Source: Octopus bimaculoides (lineage: Eukaryota). From it: a stretch of DNA of 35,118 bases. The position numbers were made by a program, and so were the translations under genes. The first letter of the stretch is position 1, and each line of letters begins with the position of its first letter. Below, in pieces: positions 22,109 to 30,310 of the stretch. The notes below the pieces were generated by a model. It saw only the letters and a list, made by a program, of their open reading frames with translations, was not told the DNA's origin and did no database searches. The stretch is taken from contig NC_069000.1 of the NCBI RefSeq assembly GCF_001194135.2, positions 18,945,927-18,981,044 on the forward strand, in the 5' to 3' direction.

Positions 22109-25090
22109 TCTAATATATAAAATAGAGATGTGTGCGTATTCACTTTCCATGCGAAAACGGCTTCACCAATCACTTCCATAATTGTGATGCATAAATAATT
22201 TGACCTCAGACATATTACAGATTTTTTTATTAAAAATTTATAAAAATAGAAAATATTACTTTTATATTACATTCACGTCTTTCAATGATTTTAATATTTT
22301 CAATTCCAGTTTTCTAGCATCACTGACATAACATATCTCTTTATGTATATCTCTATCTCTCTGTAACATATCTCTCTATCTATATCTCTTGTTTTCATTT
22401 TCATTTTTCAGACCCTATTCTTTTCACTTTCAATTTTCATATGCCATTGTTTAACTTCCATGTTATTGTTTTCACTGTAAGTCTAACTTTTGAATCGATA
22501 TTTACAAACAAACGACAAATTACTGACAGAAAGAAGTTCACAATTACTGATGTAAGTAATTTCATAATTTACTGACAGAAGTATCTTCATAAATTTCACT
22601 TCAATCCGTACGGTCTTGTGTTTTTCTGTTGTTGACGGTTTCTTCCTGGTTCCTTCGATACTGAATCTTTGGTTCACTGACCAACAAATTGCGCTTCAAC
22701 CCATGCAATACTTTATTTTCCATTAGAATTTATTATTTACTTTCTGACCATCATATTAAGAAATATAATTTACGTTACCAAGTTATTTTCATTGGTAACT
22801 GTTTTAGGAGGGGGTGGGGATTTTCTGCAAATTCACCCAAGTCTACTTCAATTTGTCTTAACTTTCAAGAAAATGGCTATTTTTTAATGAAATTCTCTAC
22901 TTTAGATTCACTTCTTTAAAAAGGTTTCTCAATGTCAACTTCCGGTAGTGACATAAAAACAGCAAAGTTTGTCCCTGTCTAAACTTTAATGTTTTCATTT
23001 CAAGTTTTAATTCGTTATTTGTAAACAAGTACGATAAATTATTGAAAGAAATATTTACTAAGTTCGCAAAGACACTTTTCAACATGCTTTCATTTATACG
23101 ATTTTTTTCATTCCATGCCCATCTCATTCACTGTTTGCAATATTCTCTCTCTCTCTCACACACACACACACATTCCAGGTTTCATTTCTTTATTGCACAA
23201 ATATCATGTTAATATTTTGCAATTCAACATGTGGTGCCCAAAAAATATGGGCATTATTTTGCTGGATCTTGCACAATTCATTACTTTACGTACATTTTTT
23301 TTTTATTTATTTTCTTTTTCACGCAGTGTTCGGCTCTATGTATTTATAAGTCACACATACACACGTGTTTTTGTATGTAAGTTTGTATACATTCATGTAT
23401 AGTGTGTGTGTGTGTGTGTGCAAGTGAGTGAAGGAGTATGTTGTCATATATTCATCTTTTCTGTATGTATGTGTGTGTGTGAGAGGGAGAGTGATGTCTA
23501 AGTGGCACACACACACACATACAAGATAGATGTACACCTATTATGTATGTACGTATATATGACAACACACCCCTTCACTCACTCTCTCTCACACATACAC
23601 CTCCATTTCATCTGTGGTTTGATACAGTGTGTGTGTGTGTGTGTGTGTGGCTTTCCACAATCGTTAGAAAAAAACAGAGGAATTTTCTTTCTTGATGCTC
23701 CTGGTGACACACGTAAAACATTTGTAACATTGCTTCTCTCCAGAGTAAGGCAATAAAAAAAAAATGCAGTTGCTGTACCATTGTCTGGCTTTGCTGCCAC
23801 CATTCTCACAGGGGGACAAATAGCTCATTCTACTTTTAAATTACCACTAAACCTGGTCACAAGTGACAGTCTAATTTTTAACATAAGCAAAGATTCAGGT
23901 TCAGCAGAGGTATTGTGCCAATGCCATCTTATCATTTGGGATGAATGCACCATGTCACATAGAGGTGCAATGGAACCTCTTGGTAACACCTTACAGGACA
24001 TCAGAGGCAACAATAAATTTATGGGAGGAGTTACATTAGTTTTATCAGGAGACTTCAGACAGATATTACCAGTCATTCTGAGATGAACAGGATCTGATGA
24101 AATAAAAGCATGCATTAAGTCTTCACACCTATGGAATAAAGTACCGAAATTCTCCTTGAATACAAAGGTGCGAGCTTCATTACATGGGGACCAATGTGCA
24201 AAACAGTTTTCAATGTGGCTCCTCTAATTAGGAAATGGGAAAGTACCATTTGATGGGAATGGTGATATCAGTTTGCTATCATGGTGAATTCCCCAGCTGA
24301 ATTGAAGAACAGGGTATTGCCAGACTTAAGTAATAATTATAATTCACATAAATGGTTGTGTGAAAGGGCAATTCTTAATCCAAAAAATGAGACAGGAGCA
24401 AGAATTAACCATGTATTAATGATTAAGATTCCAACAATCATTAAGAAGTACAAATCAGTTGATTCGGTCCTTGATGAAAATCAAGTTGTCCATTAACCAA
24501 CAGAGTTCTTTAATTCTCTTGAGCCACCTGGAATTCCTCCACATAAACTTTTTCTGAAGGTAGGAGTCCCAATAACGCTTCTAAGAAATTTAGATTCTCT
24601 TAAATTATGCAATGGGACAAGGTTGATTGTGAAGACATTATCACCTAATGTGACAGAAGCTACCATCATCACTGGATGTGTCTCTGGGGAAGAGGTTTTC
24701 ATTCCAAGAATTCCAATCAGACATACCCTTTCAGTTCAAATGAACACAATTCCCAGTGCAACTTAGGTTTGCAATGTCTATTACTAAAGCTCAAGGTCAG
24801 TCTTTGAAATCTGCTGGCTTGATTTTCTCATGGTCAACTTTGTTGGTTGCTCCAGGGTAGCTAGTTTGCAATACTTATTTGCCTATGCTCCAAACTAGAA
24901 AACAAAGAATGTTGTTTATCCAGAGGCTCTTACATAATTTCCTTCAACATATGTGGCAGAATTTATCTCCTTTCATAAAAGTGGTAAATCTGGTATTTTC
25001 GTTTATTATTATTATTATTATTTTTAGTGTTATTATTCCAATATGTAAGGAACAATTTCATTCTCGGGCAATACCAGGTGCCTCTGCTAG
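22109..25090 (+). mobile_element. Helitron, both termini intact, Rep domain deleted (non-autonomous)
   Basis: 5' A|TCTAATATATAAAATAGAGATGTGTG...GCGAAAACGGCT. 3' subterminal hairpin relic CTCGG-GCAATA-CCAGG (25063-25078), then CTAG|T (25087-25091). Sits in an AT dinucleotide with no TSD and contains a PIF1 helicase remnant. Confidence 0.9.
23678..24870 (+). pseudogene. Helitron PIF1-family (SF1B) helicase remnant
   Basis: GIFFLDAPGDTRKTF (mutated Walker A), [82 protein letters not shown]. Stops and frameshifts throughout. Confidence 0.93.
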
Positions 25091-25479
25091 TCATTTCTAT
25101 AAAACAACAAAGGTTGTATATTACATTTTCACTGGTTTTCAAATTTAGTCAAACTTACAATGGATTTAGAAGCTGTGACGACATATCTATGCCACATTGT
25201 AAATAGAAGGACTGTTGTTAGAAATAAAGAAGCAAAATATTTCAATGGCAAAAAAGAAATTTGTTAGCAAATGCATATAGGAATAAGTGGCAAGTTAATT
25301 TTCTATATGCTTTTGCTCAACCACATATAGATAAAAATGGTACATCATTTCTGAACCTAAATTATGTGAGCTACATGAGTAGATTGGATGAACCAGACTA
25401 TGAGCTATTGCTCAGTAGGTAGACCAGATAATGAATGGTGGTTGATAGCTTTTTATGGCATATAGTAAATAAGAGTAGA

Positions 25480-25880
25480 GGCAAAAAATGTTATCATCCA
25501 GTATTGTTACTACTTATATCATGTTTAGAGATTTTTGAACTAGCTAGTTTGCTTCTGTTTATATATTGTGAGTGGGGATGATTGACTACCATCTCCAGCA
25601 GGCAGGTATCCAGTACTGATGATGGAGAACAGACCCAGAAACCATGGTCTACTGGTCTTGCCAAGCCAGAGGGGAGTGATTTACTCCTTTACAATATATC
25701 AGACACAGGTTGTGTGTCATTAACCAGATGAAAAAGACGTTTTCCTGGGATTAAAATGTAGTAACAGTTCTGTACAGAACAGCCATGTTATAGTGGCAAA
25801 AAATATTACCATCTAGTATTGTTACTACTTATATCTCGTTTAGAGATTTTAGAACTAGCTACTTTGCTCCGTAGTATTGT
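25480..25880 (+). repeat. Hammerhead-containing unit with ~85-bp direct terminal repeats (315-bp period), retrozyme-like
   Basis: 25480-~25568 (GGCAAAAAATGTTATCATCCAGTATTGTTACTACTTATATC...GAACTAGCTA) recurs at 25795-~25880, an offset of 315. The hammerhead and several hairpins lie between the repeats. Confidence 0.7.
25601..25662 (+). ncRNA. Type I hammerhead ribozyme (canonical core)
   Basis: GGCAGG-TAT-CCAGTA [CTGATGA] TGG-AGAACAGAC-CCA [GAAA] CCATGG [TC] TACTGG-T-CTTGCC. Stem I is 6 bp plus a 6-bp extension; stem II is 3 bp; stem III is the palindrome ACCATGGT. Predicted GUC cleavage after C25649. Confidence 0.88.
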
Positions 25881-26331
25881 AAATACTTTTGTACTATTTA
25901 GCAAATCATGAAGGGCTCAAAAGCAATGCAATCATCAGTAGTTCTGTGTAGACATAGCAATGTTGAAGTGAACAAGTTATTCATAAAAAAGAAAATGCGC
26001 AGGGCAAGGGCATGCCAGAGGGATATCTTTCTGAATTCAGCTATCTCCTTAAAATACATATGCGTAGAATGTGTATACATTTTTATGATAAAATGATGGC
26101 CACAAAAAAATGGTTCCAAGAATGTCAATATCAAAAACGGAGAGCCTTCAGTGGATACTCAATTGAAAGAACTTTCCATGATCATTTTGCAAAGTATGCT
26201 AAGTGATGTTTTATAAATGACAGAAATCATTATACTGTATATCAATATTCATGTTTCTACTTTTGTAAGATGTATGGAACGTTAAAGGAAGTAAATGAAA
26301 TTGTAAGAAAGAAATTATTGCATGTTATGGT

Positions 26332-26701
26332 TTGTTGGCACTCCGTCGAGGGTTCCAGTAGATCCGATCAACGGAACAGCCTGCTCGTGAAATTAACGTG
26401 CAAGTGGATGAGCACTCCACAGACACGTGTACCCTTAACGTAGTTCTCGGGGATATTCAGGGTGACAAAGTGTGACAAGGCTGACCCTTTGAATTACAGG
26501 CACAACAGAAACAGGAAGTAAGAGTGAGAGAAAGTTGTGGTGAAAGAGTACAGCAGGGTTCGCCACCACCCCCTGCCGGAGACTCGTGGAGCTTTAGGTG
26601 TTTTCGCTCAATAAACACTCACAACACCCGGTCTGGGAATCGAAACCGCGATCCTATGACCGCGAGTCCGCTGCTCTAACCACTGGGCCATTGCCTCTCC
26701 A
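26332..26701 (-). mobile_element. Full-length tRNA-derived SINE with 11-bp TSD
   Basis: Minus-strand head GGAGAGGCAATGGCCCAGTGG (A box)...GGTTTCGATTCC (B box). CpG-rich body. Flanked by CATGTTATGGT at 26321-26331 and 26702-26712. Confidence 0.9.
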
Positions 26702-26984
26702 CATGTTATGGTAGAAGCAGAGATAAGGGCATTAATTGTTATGATAGTGGTGGTGGTGGAAGAGATGGTGGTTGTGACACTCATTATGATAATGATGAAT
26801 AGTAGAGAAAGGAGAAGAGAAGAGCGAAAAAGAAAGAGAGAGAGAGGAGGATTTAAGAAGTGAGGGGTTGTGTGAAACCACTGTGTCTTTTATCTGTATA
26901 TATCACTGGTCACAATGTACATTCTTCCCTTGACTGTATCCTTCTCTTTAGCTTGGGCCCAAATTTATTGACTATGTCATTGTC

Positions 26985-27290
26985 CCAGCATTTTGGAGGT
27001 CTTTTAAATAGTCTCTTCTGATCTAATGGATTCTACTCAACAACTGCAGGAGTCCACTGTGGTCTGTGAACCTTGCAACATGTGTAATGCAGCAGAACAC
27101 GTGCTTTTATCATTTCACAATCACATTGTTCACTCCACTCCATTCTGCATTACATCGTTTCAGATATGCTCTAGCAATGATATTCCCGACATGTATCTTT
27201 CCATGGCCCTCTGCATCATGACCAACCATTAGTCTTCCTTCTTACTGGCCTACATGTCACATATAAGAGCATGGGCAAGTCAGTGCAATT
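26985..27290 (-). mobile_element. Old RTE-clade RT C-terminal relic
   Basis: The minus strand gives QRAMERYMSGISLLEHI*ND and HVARFTD, matching the RTE consensus QRAMER.MLGISL.D.IRN...GHVAR..D. Confidence 0.7.
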
Positions 27291-28198
27291 GAAGAGACTG
27301 GCATGTGGGCTCTTGTCCAAACTGTGCTTAGAGTAAATGGTCATAACCACATTCATTCATTATACATACATATTAAAGCTCCAGTGTTTCATCATTTATA
27401 TACTTCTATTTGCAAGTTTTTTTTTAAAGCTGTAAATATCATATTTGATATATTTTAATATGTAAATATCATTACTTGGATTTTTTTCTTAAATACAAAT
27501 ACATATTTTGCTTATTTGAAAAGACTTTGTATATTCTCTTTGTAGAGTAACTTAATTTATTACTTTGATTCCATCTGCCATCAACAATTCAAGCACCAAT
27601 ATTTTGAACTGAATTGGGTTGCTAATTGGATTTGCATTACTTTATAAGAAATCTAAGAGATTCTCTCCATTTCTAAATGATGAGCTTGTGAAAATTTTTG
27701 AAACTTTGGTATATAAGTATGAACGAAATGTGTCCTAATGCACGCTTTTTAAAATTTTATTTACAATCATTCTTCTAAATGCTTCAACTTATTTTGTATT
27801 ACAGTATTTTTGTATAATACATACTGTATATGCACATAACTTATTGAGTAAATTATTTGTCATTTACATATTTTAGCCCAAAATGCATACAGAAGTATTA
27901 GAGGCAGTGTCAGACAGAACCCTTTTCCCTGTCAATAAAGCATAGAAACATTGCAGCTCAAATCTTATTTCAATTATTATCAAACTAAAGGAAATGTATT
28001 TACTAAATAAATACAGTACTTTTAAGCAGCAAAAAATTCATTAAAGCATTGTGAAGGAAATGACAGGCTATTATTAAGCAACAGGGCAAGTGTTTATGGC
28101 TGACACTATGCCACAAAAGTGAACTGTGGAATTTCAAGATGCTGTTAGTAATTATTTAAATTTATAAAATACTTAATTTTCAAATTTATCTCGTTTTG

Positions 28199-28229
<31 letters not shown>

Positions 28230-28241
28230 ATTTTAAAAAAA

Positions 28242-28466
28242 GGATTGACGTAACTCTTCACGAAGGTAAATAGTCAAGACGAAGAGTGCGATTCGATTGT
28301 ATAGATGTTTTATTCGTTGAACAATATTTCGACAGAACGTCTGTCTTTCTCAAGTTCAAAACAAAAGGTGATTAAAAATTCAAAATTTCAGAAACCAAAC
28401 GTAAACTATAAACGAGAGTAACCAGCATCCATACGTTGATGGAATGACATCATCAGTTTTTGTCAG
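28242..28466 (-). mobile_element. Penelope-like element pseudo-LTR remnant inside a (TTA)n microsatellite
   Basis: CpG-rich ~225-bp insert between (TTA)n at 28202-28229 and (TAT)n at 28471-28492. Carries a minimal hammerhead followed immediately by AATAAA on the minus strand. Confidence 0.7.
28317..28359 (-). ncRNA. Minimal type I hammerhead ribozyme, U3-A8 variant (PLE-type)
   Basis: Minus strand: TTGAAC [TTGAGAA] A GACAGA-CGT-TCTGTC [GAAA] TA [TT] GTTCAA. 6-bp stem I, perfect 6-bp stem II, one extra A before G10.1, palindromic AUAU stem III. Confidence 0.75.
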
Positions 28467-28794
28467 TTTTTATTATTATTATTATTATTATTAATTTACG
28501 GGTAAGATTAAGTGATTAATTTAGATTTATTATCACAATGAATCATTTGTGTATATGTCTGTGAATTTATTTAATTTCTGTAGTTGTGTGTCCCCTTCCC
28601 AAACATAACATCCACTATTTTACCTTTATGGAACGCTTGTTTTATATGTACTAAAGTTCAAATGAAAGTCCAGTAATGTGCACAATTCTTCTTCTTTACA
28701 ATTATTTTGATATTTACCCCAGCTGAATATTGGTTGTGGTGATATTAAACAATATTTAAATAATTTTACATTTAATGATTTTAAATATTTTTAC

Positions 28795-28830
28795 CTGTAA
28801 TTTTAGTTATGCTTCTAAGATGTAATCGAC
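28795..28830 (-). CDS. Candidate 36-nt exon of unidentified host gene
   Basis: aaagtttcttaaatag|GTCGATTACATCTTAGAAGCATAACTAAAATTACAG|gtaaaa. The phase-1 frame reads RLHLRSITKIT. Confidence 0.25.
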
Positions 28831-30226
28831 CTATTTAAGAAACTTTCACTAAGTTGTATTCCAAAACTAATTTTTGTACATCAATAAACATAAAACAATT
28901 CAGTTTTGTTCTTGGTTATTTGAGAATTTCATTGAGAATAGGAGTTGTATTTTTGTTAGAAATATAGTAAAGGGATAAATATCTGATATATCCTTTTTTT
29001 TTTTTTGGCCATAAAGCCTTCACTGGATATATTTACAGTATTTAAAACTTTCATAACTGGCTTTTTGAGACCACTCCTGGTCTCAATTCATTTGAAACTA
29101 CCTGTGTTTAAATCAAAACATCAATGTAGATCTTATGTTAGTGATAACACATGCTTTCATATGGTAAACACATCTCATACACCATCCAAAATTAAATTTT
29201 TTTTCTATATGGATACCAGCTTCAGATTCAGTAGTAGTGACTAAATTTGAAGCATTTTTAAGAAAGAAGCAGTAGCACCAAATGAAAAATGCATCAAGTG
29301 TAACCATATAGTGGGACGTTTTGATTTAAGAAAGTGAAAATGACTTGTCAGGCTGAGAAGGGCAAACAGTCAAAGTATTAGCTGCTTTCTGACATGTTAA
29401 TGGTTGAGCCTGTGGCAGTGGAGACCTCCAGCGTTCTCAGCTGCTGGACTATATATCCCTGCTCACCATTATCAGGGCGGAGATGGCTATCTGGAAGTGC
29501 AAACACCTTGAGTCATTGTGGCTGTTCCAGCACATCTCTCTCGTCTTCCTCCAGAGCAACACCTTTTCCATTTTGTCTGCTGGGTCTATGAAGCAGTCCG
29601 ACAAGCCCTTCTAGATATTTATTTGCAGTAAGGAATTTGTAAACTATTACTATGTTATACATATTCACTTCATGTGCTGAAATGAAGTAAATTAGTTGGT
29701 ACAAACCACTGAAAGGGGAATTCCTCTATCTCTATCTCACATTTCTTTCGCTAGTCATTAGTGTTTAAGTGCTTAACATATATTAAAAGCAGCAATAGTG
29801 AAACTGATGATGAAATGATATGAGAAATCAAATAGAGTGAAAACTTTTAAAATATTTCTCATAGAAATTTTTCTAGAAGAAACCACACCCAAGCAGGTGG
29901 GGGAGGACCTCAATGACCAAAAACCCAGCACCTATTTTCTTTTGTTTATTCAAATTAAAGTGTTCCAGTTAATAACTGCAGATACTCATTGTAATAGAGA
30001 ATATAAACAAAAGAAAATAAGATAAACTATGAACCCCCTTACATGAATGGATGAAATTTGGATCCTTTGTTTCTTTTCCCTTCTCAATAAATATTTTAAT
30101 GGACAATTGACGTTACAGACACCAGTTGTTGAAGTAAAGATGAATGTTTCTGTGAACTCTGTTTTTAAAACTGTGTTAGTAGTTTCACATATGAAGCACA
30201 TCAGAACTTCAGTGTAGTTTCATACG

Positions 30227-30310
30227 AGTATTATGATCCAGTAATACTGGAGTACTACTGGAAGAGTATTATGACCTTCCAGTAATACTGGAAGATTATT
30301 ATGATCCCTG
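30227..30310. repeat. Short tandem array of palindromic CCAGTAATACTGG units
   Basis: AGTATTATGAT-CCAGTAATACTGG / AGTACTACTGGAAG / AGTATTATGACCTT-CCAGTAATACTGGAAG / ATTATTATGATCC. Confidence 0.75.

Noticed and set aside
26630-26701. tRNA gene
   Set aside because: No acceptor stem closure; it is the head of a TSD-flanked SINE.
28420-28456. Second CTGATGA on the minus strand in the PLE-like insert
   Set aside because: A TCCAT/ATGGA hairpin follows, but there is no GAAA or stem I partner.
29400-29630. Selenoprotein-like in-frame TGA between two open stretches
   Set aside because: No recognisable selenoprotein motif or SECIS element; both strands show such TGAs, consistent with chance.
29804-29830. 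CTGATGA...GAAA as a hammerhead
   Set aside because: No stem II or stem I pairing.
30227-30310. CRISPR-like palindromic array
   Set aside because: Eukaryotic context, no unique spacers of regular length, and no cas genes.
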